The position numbers and the translations under genes are program-made. Positions 8,963-18,796 of a DNA stretch of 64,000 bases are shown piece after piece (within the stretch, counting starts at the first letter, position 1; each line of letters starts with the position of its first letter). The notes beneath the pieces were generated by a model. It did not search any database. It was given only the letters and a program-made list of their open reading frames with translations, and had not been told where the DNA came from. This DNA is from Vicinamibacterales bacterium (GTDB lineage Bacteria; Acidobacteriota; Vicinamibacteria; Vicinamibacterales; JAMQPK01), in the NCBI GenBank assembly GCA_963730445.1, contig CAVSRX010000007.1:115554-179553 (forward strand), read 5' to 3'.

Positions 8963-10881
8963 TCATCACCTGCATGACCGTTGCGGGGTCTTCGCCCTCG
9001 CAGAACATGCGCTGCCAGATTTCGAGATTCACCAGCAGCCACAACCGATCGCCGTGCTTGCCGCGCCCCGACCGGTGTTCGTCGGCCATGCGCGCAAGCG
9101 ACGCGCGATCGAAGTACCCGCGGCTCGTCGCGCGCGGGCCGAGCACGAACTCCTGCACGACCGGCCAGAAATCGTCACGCAGCCAGCGGCCGACCGGCAC
9201 CGGAAATCCCATCTTCTTGCGCGTGAGAATCTCGGCCGGAATGATGTCGCGCACCGCTTCGCGGAAGATCGCCTTGGTCTGCCACATGCGCACCTTGAGA
9301 TCGCTCGGCAGCGCGGCGACGTGCTCGACGAGCTCGTCGTCGAGAAACGGCACGCGGCTCTCGATCGAGGCCGCCATGCTCATCTGGTCCTGCTTCATCA
9401 GCAGCTCGTGCAGATACGTCTGCAGATCCGTGCGGCTCATGCGATCGAGGATGTCTCCCTCGGCGTCCGCATAGCACTGCATCTGCACGGCGTAGGGATC
9501 GCGGCGGGCGAGCATCTCAGGGCGCGAGAGCAGCGTCCGCTGCACATCCGCGGTATGCACGGCAAAGTTTTCGAGGAACAGGCTGCGGATGCCAGGATCG
9601 AGCGCGAGGAACGTCCGCTCGCCCACGCGTCCAAGCCGCGACGGCAGCGCCTGCACCATGCGGCGCACCTGAGTGCGCAGCGCCGCCGGCATCGCGGCCC
9701 AATACGGCCGCCCCAGTCTGTCGTTCCACATCGTCACGCGATAGCGGTTGTAGCCGAGGAACAGCTCGTCGGCGCCCTCGCCGGTCAGCACGACCTTGAC
9801 GTGGTTGCGCGCCAGCTTGGCGACGAAGTAGAGCGGCACGCTCGACGGAAACGCAATCGGCTCGTCTTCGTGCCACACGAGATGCGGCAGCGCTTCGAAG
9901 AAGTCGGACGGCGTGACCGTGACATCGCGGTGCTCGCGCCAATCGCGCTTGGCCACGGTCCGCGCGTACGGGAGCTCGTTCGCCTCTGCCTCTGCGAACC
10001 CGACAGAGAACGATTGGATCGGGATCGCGCACCTGCGCGAGACATCATGGCCGCGAGCGCGCTCGAATCGAGTCCGCCTGAGAGGAACACGCCGAGCGGC
10101 ACGTCGCTCATCAGGTGGCTTTCGACCGACGCTTCGAGGCGCGCGCGAAGGTCTTTCGCCTGCGCCTCGAACGGAATGTCGCGCACATCGCTCGAAGGGG
10201 CGGGCAGCTGCCAGTAGCGGCGTGTGCGAATCCCCTTCTCCGCCGACCAGGTGAGCACGTGACCCGGCAGCAGCTTCCGCACGCCGTGGAAGAACGTGTC
10301 GGCTCCCGACACGAAGCGCGTCGAGAGATACTCGGGCAGCACTTCTTCGTTGAAGGTCGCCCGAACGCAGCCCGAGGCGAAGAGCGACTTGATTTCCGAC
10401 CCGAACACGAGCTCGCTGCCCGTGCTGGCGTAGTAGAGCGGCTTGATGCCCAGCCGATCGCGCGCGAGCAGCAGCTCCTGCTTCTTCTTGTCCCAGATCG
10501 CGAAGGCGAACATCCCGTGCAGCTTCTCCACGCACGCGTCGCCGTCCTCTTCGTACAGATGGATGATCGTTTCGGTGTCGCACCGCGATGCGATAGCGGT
10601 GCCCCTTCGCCTCGAGGCCCGGCCGCAGTCGAGGCGTGGTTGTAGATCTCGCCGTTGAAGGCGATCCACACGCTGCCGTCCTCGTTGGTCATCGGCTGCT
10701 CGCCGGCCGAGCTGACGTCGACGATGGCGAGCCGCCGGTGCGCGAGGCCGACGGCACCGTCGATGAACAGACCGGCGCCGTCGGGACCGCGATGGCTCAA
10801 CACATCGCGCATCCGGCGGAGACGATCCACGTCGACGGGCTGACGCGGGTCGAAATGAGCGATGCCAGCAAAGCCACACAT
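8862..10881 (-). pseudogene. asnB: asparagine synthetase B-type glutamine amidotransferase (exosortase-locus type), at least 3 frameshifts
   Basis: MCGFAGIAH..NGEIYNH lies in the frame of ORF 10111..10881. [43 protein letters not shown] lies in the frame of ORF 9785..10879. IQSFSVGFAE..VLTGEGADELFLGY..DLQTYLHELLMKQDQMSMAASIESRVPFLD lies in the frame of ORF 8862..10583. Two shifts fall within ~60 nt at 10585-10640. The 3' end overlaps the next gene by ~100 nt, so the true stop is uncertain. Confidence 0.8.
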
Positions 10882-10887
10882 AGATTT

Positions 10888-10923
10888 ATCTACTGATCTA
10901 GAGATCTACTGATCTCGAGATCT
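10888..10923. repeat. AT-rich 16-nt direct repeat (ATCTACTGATCTNGAG x2 plus a partial copy), with two AGATCT sites
   Basis: atctactgatct at 10888-10899 recurs at 10904-10915. This is the only AT-rich patch in this part of the operon. It spans the heparinase-like stop (10906-10908) and the 24-nt spacer before the asnB ATG (10881). No SD-like motif precedes that ATG. Confidence 0.6.
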
Positions 10924-11333
10924 AAAGATGTCCGAGTCGTCGACGAAGACCGATTCGCGTCGATCCTCGAGCTCGATGCCAATCGGCAGATCGTGGTCGT
11001 CGAACAGCGCCGAGACGGCCGGCGCAGACGACCAATCGCCGCGCTGCGGCATCAACAGCGTGATGCTGCGCCACGGCAGCGGCGCTTTGGCCGCGTACAC
11101 CAGAGCGGCGCCGGTGTCCGCTGGCCGTAGTCGGCTCGACACCCAGCCGCGAATCGGCGCCAGCTCTCCGAGCTTCACGTGAGGCCTCATCGCAGCCGGT
11201 CGCGAACGACCCGATCCAGAACGTATTGCCGGCCGGCGTCTGCGCCCGCGCCCATCGATCGCGCACCGAGGGACACAGACATCGGCGCGAACTGAAATCC
11301 GAGATCGATTTGATGAAGGGCGATGTTCGTAGT

Positions 11334-11360
11334 GCCGACCTTGAGGTCGGCTGTCACATC
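11334..11360. repeat. REP-like hairpin element, copy 1 (GTTCGTAGTGCCGACCTTGAGGTCGGC)
   Basis: These 27 nt are identical to 16207-16233. The stem is GCCGACC/GGTCGGC with loop TTGA. It lies inside the heparinase-like coding sequence and is read as ..[25 protein letters not shown].. Confidence 0.8.
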
Positions 11361-13111
11361 GTCGACAACGACCCAATAATCCGGCTTCACGAACAGCACG
11401 CGGCGGCGATGCGTGATGCCGTCGTAACCGTCGTGGCTGGCGTCGACAAAATCGCACTCGGCATTGCGTGCGCCACTCGCGCACGTGCACGCGCGGACGT
11501 CCTCGCCAGCCGAACGGGCCTGTCGGTCTCGACCTGGTCGCAGCCGTCGATCATCACGGTGCTGTGCGCTGCCGTGCCGCGGAAGATAGTTGCGCCATTC
11601 CGTTTCCGGCGTGTAGCAGTAGGTGCCCGCATCGACGAGCACGGGCTCGCCAAAGGCCGAGCACTGGATGCTGAGCAGGTCGGCATGGCCGTGGCCGGCG
11701 CTGACCGGGCATCCGAGCGGGCCGACATCGACGATCATCTGGTGCGCATCGCGCTCCCATCCGGTTCTCATCACGGCGTAGCCGCCGGACGGAAACATCC
11801 GCGAGAGCACGCCGGCCGGTTTGCGAAGGCGGTCGCCGCCGCAAACGCGCGCACGCCTTCCGCGCCCATGAGCCACGGCACCTCCGGCGTCATGCCTTCC
11901 GCCGCCTCGGCCAAATCTCCGCCGCCCGAACATCGCCGCGGCCACGGCGAACACGCCGCGCGGATCGCACTGCCCTCGCTCGACGAGCGGCAGCAGGCGC
12001 CCGCCGTCGGCATCGCCGATCTCCGGCATCGCGCCGTCGGGCCTGTCGCACCGCAAGCAGGAAGTCGACCATGCGACGCACGTGGTCGCCGAGGTCCGCA
12101 GGCACCGGCACGCGGTTGCGCGCGGCGAGCAGCAGAAACTGCTGATAGGTTTCGACGGTGTAGCGGTGGTAACAGGTCGACCGCTCGAAGTGCACGCCGT
12201 CGGCGCAGATCTGCGTGCGGCTCTCGGCGATCAGCACGCGAGCGCCGAGCCGCCGCCAGCGCGCGCGTCCTTGAACTCGGAGAACAGCGTGCCTGCGTAG
12301 AACAGCCCGAGCGCCTCGCCCGTGAGGTGCGTGTTCGGCGAGAAGTAGAACGACAGGTATCGCGCGACGTAATGGGCGTGCAGCCACACGCCCGCGAGAA
12401 TTCCAGTCGAGCCGCTCGGCCGACAGCGCAGCGGATTCGCGAATCAGCATGCAGCGTCCAGGACCACGACATCAGCCGGTACGCCACTTCGAGACTGCTC
12501 GCCCAGTTGACCCCGATGCCGTGCGGGTTCGCCTCGATCCACGACTCGATCGCGCGAAGCGCGCTTTCGGCGTAGCGCTCGTCGCCGCTCACCGCATACG
12601 CCTGTGCGAGGCCGGACGAGCCACTGATGCCGATTCAGCTCCCAGACGACCTTGCTGTCGCCGACTTCCGCCGGGTCGAGCGGGTTCAACTGCGTCCAAT
12701 GCACGCGCGGCGCGCGGCGCGACCACACCGGATCGAGATGCCAGTCGATCGGATCGCCGAACCACAACGTCTGATAGCCAAGCAGGTCGAAGCGATGCTG
12801 CAGCGTCGCCGCCGCGCTGCTCAGCACCGCGTCGCGGTCCCCGGCAACCGCCTGAGCGACAAACTGAAGATTCTCGACTCCTGCGAAGAACCTCGACGGC
12901 GCCACCCGTCGGAGAATCTCGAGCGCCGCAGCAGGGTTGACGAACGCCGGCGCCTGATCGCGCAGGATCGTTGCAGGATCGACGGGTCGATCGACGGTCG
13001 TGACGCGATCGATCAGCTTCGCGGCTTCCTGTCGGCTGCGGCCCGCGATCTCGGCAACGGCATGCGTCCGCAACCGACGAAGCTTGTCGATGACGGACGC
13101 GCGGCCCGTGA

Positions 13112-13129
13112 GCCGACCTGAAGGTCGGC
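13112..13129. repeat. REP-like hairpin, variant copy (GCCGACC-TGAA-GGTCGGC)
   Basis: Same 7-bp stem as the 27-nt family with loop TGAA. It lies 35-52 nt downstream of the heparinase-like ATG (13164), next to the GAACCGG array. Confidence 0.7.
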
Positions 13130-13160
13130 ACGACGAGCGTCGGTTGTGCGGAGGTCTTGT

Positions 13161-14281
13161 TCATTGAACCGGCACCTCAGAACTTGAACCGGAACCGCAG
13201 AACCCGGAACCTGAACTCGGAACCGGCATAAACCGCGCTCCATTGGTCTCTGACTGCCCGCCACGTGTATTTGCCGAGCTCCGCGATGCGCCTGCTCCGC
13301 CATCTGCAGCGCGCGCTCGGGCCGGTTGAGCGGCGTCGGCGATCGCGCGCGCCATCGCGACCGGCGCTTCAGGCGGAACGATGACGCCGGTCTCGCCGTG
13401 GCGCACCATCGACGGGATGTCTCCCGTCGGCGTCGAGATGACCGGCAGACCCGAGGCGAACGCCTCGAGAATCGAGACCGGCTGGTTGTCGACGACCGAC
13501 GCGTTCAGGAAGATGTCCGAATCGGCGTAGAGCTTCGGCATCCACTCCGGGCGCCACCTTGCCGACGAACCGCACGCCGCCTGTCGTCAATTGCGCGGCC
13601 ATCGCGCGCAGCCGCGGCTCTTCGCTGCCGTAGCCGGCGATCGTCAGCGTCGCAGTCGGGACAGGTCTTCTGGAAGCGCGCGAACGCCTCGATGATGACG
13701 TCGACCCGGTAGTACGTCTCGAGGTTGCGCGTCGACAGCAGCCGCGGGCGCAGCGGCGGCGCTCGCGATAGTCGAACACGCGTCAGATCGACGACGTTCG
13801 GAATCACGCGCGCGCGATAGCCGTAACTTCGCGAACACGTCGCGCAGGTACTCCGACGGCACGACGATCTCGTCCGCCAGCCTCAGCCACGGGATGCACG
13901 AGCGCGCCCCAGTGCGCGAGATGATCGTCGGCCTCGCCGCTGTGGTAGTGCAGCACGACGCGCTTGTTGAACAGCCGCGCGGCCAGCATCGCCGGCACCG
14001 GCGCGAGCAGGAACGACGAGTACGACGCGGAGAACACGTGCACGACGTCGAGCGCGCGCGAGCCGCGACAGGCCGGGAACATACAGCGGCTGGTTCAGCG
14101 AGCGTGCGCAGCGTACGGCAGCCGCCGCATCCAGCGCAGGCCGCGCGGAAACCGCGGATTGATCGGGAACGAGCGCCGCATCGACTCCGTCGTCGCGCAG
14201 CGAGTCGCACGAGCGTCTGCGCCTGCACTCCCTGGCCGCCCGAGGATGTCGAGGCTCGCGGCGACAATCGGCGACACGCAT
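13161..14281 (-). pseudogene. GT4-family glycosyltransferase, multiple frameshifts
   Basis: Blocks lie in different frames. Examples: SPIVAASLDILG (ORF 14095..14277); GGQGVQAQTLVRL and PWLRLADEIVVPSEYLRDVFAK (frame of ORF 13644..14897); DVVHVFSASYSSFLLAPVPAMLAARLFNKRVVLHYHSGEADDHL (ORF 13804..14082); NLETYYRVDVIIEAFARFQK (ORF 13505..13807); LYADSDIFLNASVVDNQPVSILEAFASGLPVISTPTGDIPSMV (ORF 13161..13541). The start is ATG 14281 or GTG 14277. Confidence 0.65.
13166..13226. repeat. degenerate GAACCGG short tandem array
   Basis: gaaccgg..gaactt gaaccg gaaccg ca gaacccg gaacct gaactcg gaaccgg. It encodes the odd C-terminal tail ..PVPSSGSGFCGSGSSSEVPVQ of the GT4 gene. The 14-mer gaactcggaaccgg (13213-13226) recurs inverted at 16190-16203, beside hairpin copy 2. 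Confidence 0.7.
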
Positions 14282-16175
14282 CACGCGAGCCGCCTTCGGG
14301 CTTTCGAGGGGGACGTCGAGGAACCGGCGGCACCACAGCTCGAACGACAGAATCGTCCACAGGTGCAGATCGAGATCGCGGCCGCGCTGGTGCAGCCGCA
14401 GCAGCCGCTCGACGTAGCCGACGTCGAAGAATCCGCGCTGGCGGCAGGTGTCCGACAGCAGGATGTCGCGCGCGAATCCGAGCAGCTCGCCGCGGAACCA
14501 GCGCGCCAGCGGCACGGCGAAGCCCTGCTTCGCGCCGGTCGATGATGTCGTCGGGCAGCACGCCGCGCATCGCCTGCTTGAACAGGTATTTCGTGGTGTC
14601 CGTCGCGCAGCCGCAGGTTCGACGGAATCTGTCGCGGCGAACTCGACAAGGCGGTGATCGAGCAGCGGCGGCCGCGCCTCGATCGAGTGCGCCATGGTCA
14701 TGCGATCGACCTTGGTCAGGATGTCGAGCGGCAGATACGTCTGGAGATCGCAGTACTGCGCGGCCGACATCCAGTCGCGATCGCTCTGCGAGATACGACA
14801 GCCGATCGACCCACGGATCGAACCGCGACGATGTGCTCGAAGGCGCTCGTCTGGAACAGCTGCTCCATTTCGTCGGCGCGGAACAGCGTCGACGCATCGA
14901 GATAGCGCTGCGGGCCGTCGAGCGCGAGATGGCGCAGGAAGCGGCGGCCCCGCATGCCTTCCGGCATCGCGTCGCCGATCGCGCCCGCCATTCCCCGCAG
15001 CGCGGCCGGCACGCGGTCGTACTCGCGCTCGCGGCGCTCGACGACGTACTTGTCGTAGCCGGCGAAGAGCTCGTCGCCGCCGTCGCCGGTGAGCACGACC
15101 TTGACGTGCTCGGCCGCCAGCTTCGACACCATGTAGGTCGGAATCGCCGACGTGTCGCCGAACGGCTCGTCGAGATACCACGCGAGGTCCTCGACGATGC
15201 GACACGACGTCGGGCTTCAGCACGAGCTCGTGGTGCTCGGTGTCGAACGCCTTGGCCACTTTGCGCGCGTGCACCAGCTCGTCGAACCCGTCTTCGGCGA
15301 ACCCGATCGAGAACGTCTTGATCTGCGGCCCGGCTGCCTCGCCGCCATCGTCGCGACGACGGCGCTCGAATCGATGCCGCCGCTCAGGAACGCGCCGACC
15401 GGCACGTCGCTGATCTCGTGGAGCGGCGACGGACTCGGCGAGCAGCTCGCGCAGCTGCTCGACCAGCTCGCCTTCGGTTGACATCTCGTCGGGCTCGAAC
15501 TCGACGTCCCAGTAGCGCTCGATCCGCAGCGACGAGCCGCGCTCGGCCACCGCGAGGCGCGCCGGCTCGAGCTTCTTCACGCCGTCGACGATGCTCTGCG
15601 ACGGCCGGCGTCGCCAGGAACGTGAACAGATGGCTGACGCGCCTGCCAGTTGACGGTGCGATCGACCTCGGGCAGCGCGCAGGATCGGCTTCAGCTCGGA
15701 GGCGAACGCCAGCCGCCGTCGCGTCTCCGCGTAGTAGAGCGGCTTGATGCCCAGGCGATCGCGGGCCAGCAGCAGCCGCTTGTGCCGCGATGTCCCAGAT
15801 CGCGAACGCGAACATGCCGCGCAGCTGGTCGACGCACCGCGCGCCGTAGTCCTCGTAGAGGTGGACGATCGTTTCGGTGTCGCTGTCGGTGCGGAACGTG
15901 TGGCCGCGCGCGCTCGAGCTGCGCCGCAGCTCGCGGTAGTTGTAGATCTCGCCGTTGAACACGACCCAGACCGAGCCGTCCTCGTTGAGGACCGGCTGCT
16001 GGCCGCCCTCGAGGTCGATGATGCTGAGCCGGCGCATGCCGAGCCCGACGCCGCCGCCGACGTAGATGCCCTCGTCGTCGGGTCCGCGGTGCACCATCAT
16101 GCCGCACATCGAGCGGATCTCGTGCTCGAAGACGGGTTGACCGTCCCAGCGGATGATTCCGGCGATGCCGCACAT
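14281..16175 (-). pseudogene. asnB: second asparagine synthetase B-type amidotransferase, at least 8 frame switches
   Basis: [35 protein letters not shown] is in ORF 15384..16175. [15 protein letters not shown] and KTFSIGFAEDGFDE are in the frame of ORF 13883..15580. [16 protein letters not shown] is in ORF 15217..15405. KVVLTGDGGDELFAGY is in ORF 14716..15132. DLQTYLPLDILTKVDRMTMAHSIEARPP is in the frame of 13883..15580. TKYLFKQAMRGVLPDDII is in the frame of 13644..14897. The exact 3' end is uncertain. Confidence 0.75.
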
Positions 16176-16182
16176 AAGGGTT

Positions 16183-17702
16183 CTAATTTCCGGTTCCGAG
16201 TTCGACGTTCGTAGTGCCGACCTTGAGGTCGGCCGCGACGGACTTCACACGCACAACGGACGGCTTGCGGCGCTCCCAGCGAAATGCCGCATACGCGATC
16301 GCGGCATACACCGCCCAATACAAGGCGCCGGCTGCAACCAGCACGACCGGCCGCGGAAGCGTCGAGGTGCGGCTCAGCCAGTACGCCGGACCGGCCGCGG
16401 CGATGGCACAGAGCGCGATGCCTGCCAGATGGCGCGAACGGCAGAATATTCGTGAGCGGCGCCTTCAGCAGGTACGCGATCCGCCCGATGCTGATGATGC
16501 GCACGGCGGTCGTCGCCAGCAGCGTGACGAGCACGGCGCCGACCAGTCCGAACGTCGAGAGGCACCACGAGATGAGCGCCAACGACGAGGGCCAGCCGAG
16601 TCAGGTTCATCGCAAAGAGGAACCGCGTCTGCGCATACGCCCGCAGCACCGCGTCGACGCAGAACACCGCCGGAAGATCGTCAGCGTCCAGGCCATGAAG
16701 ATCGGCACGCTCGCGACATACTGCCGGTGAACAGCGTGATGATGACGTCGCGCGACAACAGCAGCAGCACGACGGCCAGCGGGAAGATGAGCAGCGCGAG
16801 GCGCGACATCGTGTCGTGCCACAGCTCGAGCGCGGTGCCCCGCTGCTCGTGCAGCCCGTCCTCGGCCATCTTCACCATCATCACGTTCGCGCGTCGACGT
16901 GGTGATGAGATCGACCAGCGGAATCTGCAGGCAGCCGACCGCGTAGATCGCGAACGTCGCCGCATCGAATTTCGACGCGACGACGTAGGGATGCAGGTTC
17001 GCCTGCAGCACTTCGATGCCGACCGCGAGCGCGAACGGCAGCGCGTAGGCCAGCTGGTACTTCCAGAGCGCGCGGTTCGGCCGCAGGTCTGCGCCGATAC
17101 TCGCGGCGCAGCCAGTGCAGCATCGCCACCACGCGGACCGCGCCGAATGCGACGCCGCCCCACAGGACCGCGCGCAGCCCGCCGTGCACGAACGCCGGAA
17201 TCACGAGCAGAATCGTCCGCGCGACGTCCGAGGCGCCATACGTCCAGGCCGCTGTCAGTATGCCGCTTGCGCGCGACCATCACGATCTCGAACGCGCGCG
17301 GAGACGAGCATCAACATCAGGAACGCGCCGAGCAGCACGATGTGGTCGGCGAGCTGCGGATTGCTCAGCCACGCGACGATGCGATCTTCAGCGATCCACA
17401 GCAGCCCGAGGCACGCCGATGCCGGCCAGGGCCAGCGTGATGAGCGCGTTCGCGATGTACGGCCCCGCCTCCTGCGGCTTGCGCGGCACGAAGTAGTAGA
17501 GGCTCTCGGCCATGCCGAATTGCGCGAGGCCGTACAGCGTGCCGTAGATCAGGAAGAGCTGCTTGTACGTGCCGAACTCCGCCTGGTTGAACGTGCGGAC
17601 CAGGAGCACGGGGATGATGAACGACGCCGCGAACCCGATGGTCCGGCCGACCACGAGCAGAAATGCGGGCTTCGAGATTGCGTCGCGGGTAAATCGGCTC
17701 AT
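16183..17702 (-). pseudogene. Wzx-like polysaccharide flippase (MOP superfamily), multiple frameshifts
   Basis: The N-terminus is MSRFTRDAISKPAFLLVVGRTIGFAASFIIPVLLVRTFNQAEFGTYKQLFLIYG (ORF 17388..17741, with an ATGA overlap at 17699-17702). Later hydrophobic blocks sit in ORFs 16681..17283, 16607..17011, 16374..16667 and 16097..16582. The last fragment ends ..[38 protein letters not shown] at 16183, so the tail is encoded by hairpin copy 2 plus the inverted GAACCGG motif. Confidence 0.6.
16207..16233. repeat. REP-like hairpin element, copy 2
   Basis: Exact 27-nt match to 11334-11360. It is preceded at 16190-16203 by ccggttccgagttc, the reverse complement of 13213-13226. Confidence 0.8.
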
Positions 17703-18796
17703 ACCTGATGGGTCCGCTCGCACCGCCGAGCCGGCGGCCACAAGTCGTGGATTTGACAGTTGAAGACAGCCGACGAAAATTCACCGTCGGCATCGATGGA
17801 CGAGCCTTCCCACAGGAGCAGACGCTCGAGCGTCAGCTCGGGATGCGTCGCATCACCGTGCGTGCACGCGGTATACGCGTACCGGTATCCGGCCTCGTGC
17901 AGCGCGCTCACGACTCCGGCGTTGAACTGGCCGCCGGGATACGCGAAATGATCGATCGGCTCGCCGAGCTCGGCTTCGAGCACGCGCTTCGATCCTTCGA
18001 GCTCTTCCTTCACGTCCGCCGGCTTTTCCAGCGGGAGACACACGTGGCTGCGGGTGTGCGACCCAATCGTGATGCCGCCACGCCGCATCTCGTGAATCAT
18101 TGGCCACGTGACGCTGAGCGGAATGTCGCTCGTCTCGGTGCCGACGCGTGTCTCAAGACAATCCATTAGGCGAAGCACATCTGCCTGCGGCAGGACAGGA
18201 AGCAAAGCGGATACCGCCGACATCGATGACGACAGCGATCCGCGGCGAAACATCTGTCCTGTTGGAATACGCAGTTCGGTCATCAGCTCGAACAGCCGGC
18301 GCCTCGGGTCGTCCCACGCGTTGAACGCCTTGTCGACGAGGTAGTACAGCCTGTCGTGCGTCTGCCAGAGCGGCCCGCCGATCAAATCTGTGACGACGAA
18401 CATGGCGGCCGGGATGCCCTTGCGGCGAAGGAACGGGAATGCGTTCTCATACACGTCTCGGTAGCCGTCGTCGAAGGTAATGGCGGCGACAGGCTCGGCG
18501 AACGGCTCGCCCCGCGACACGTGCTCGCCGATCTCGTCGAGGGAGACGAAGCGGAAGCTCTTGCCGATCGACTCAACGTGGCGCTCGAACATCGCCTGGC
18601 CGATGAGCATGCTCGGCATCTCGGTTTGCGATGCGGCCGCAAAGTCGGAGACCACGCGGTGGTATCCGAGAATCAGCGGACACCGCTGCTCGCGCGCCTT
18701 GCGCGCGTGCTGCTCGAGGCCGCACGCGCCCGCAATGGCGGACGCAAGAGCCGCTCTGAGATGCCAGCGCCAGCGGTCAGCTCGTTTGCGGGGCAT
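17699..18796 (-). CDS. polysaccharide deacetylase family protein
   Basis: ORF 17699..18985 trimmed to the ATG at 18796 (MPRKRADRW..). Motifs present: ILGYHRV, AITFDDGYRDVYENAFPFL, GSHTRSH and FAYPGG. Intact. Confidence 0.8.
   Translation of the reverse strand: MPRKRADRWRWHLRAALASAIAGACGLEQHARKAREQRCPLILGYHRVVSDFAAASQTEMPSMLIGQAMFERHVESIGKSFRFVSLDEIGEHVSRGEPFAEPVAAITFDDGYRDVYENAFPFLRRKGIPAAMFVVTDLIGGPLWQTHDRLYYLVDKAFNAWDDPRRRLFELMTELRIPTGQMFRRGSLSSSMSAVSALLPVLPQADVLRLMDCLETRVGTETSDIPLSVTWPMIHEMRRGGITIGSHTRSHVCLPLEKPADVKEELEGSKRVLEAELGEPIDHFAYPGGQFNAGVVSALHEAGYRYAYTACTHGDATHPELTLERLLLWEGSSIDADGEFSSAVFNCQIHDLWPPARRCERTHQV

Larger units (their letters stand above)
10906..13164 (-). pseudogene. 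heparinase II/III-family protein (alginate-lyase-like N-domain plus heparinase II/III C-domain), at least 8 frame switches
   Basis: Conserved blocks are scattered over all three minus frames. Examples: LLGYQTLWFGDPIDWHLDPV..VWELNRHQWL (ORF 12444..13073); GDERYAESALRAIESWIEANP..NWASSLEVAYRLMSWSW (ORF 11771..12592); ADGVHFERSTCYHRYTVETY (ORF 11890..12450); PDGAMPEIGDADGG..GHGHADLLSI..LVDAGTYCY (ORF 11187..12056); GTAAHSTVMIDG (ORF 11387..11728); C-terminal block in ORF 10906..11490. ATG 13164 forms an ATGA overlap with the upstream stop. Confidence 0.7.
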
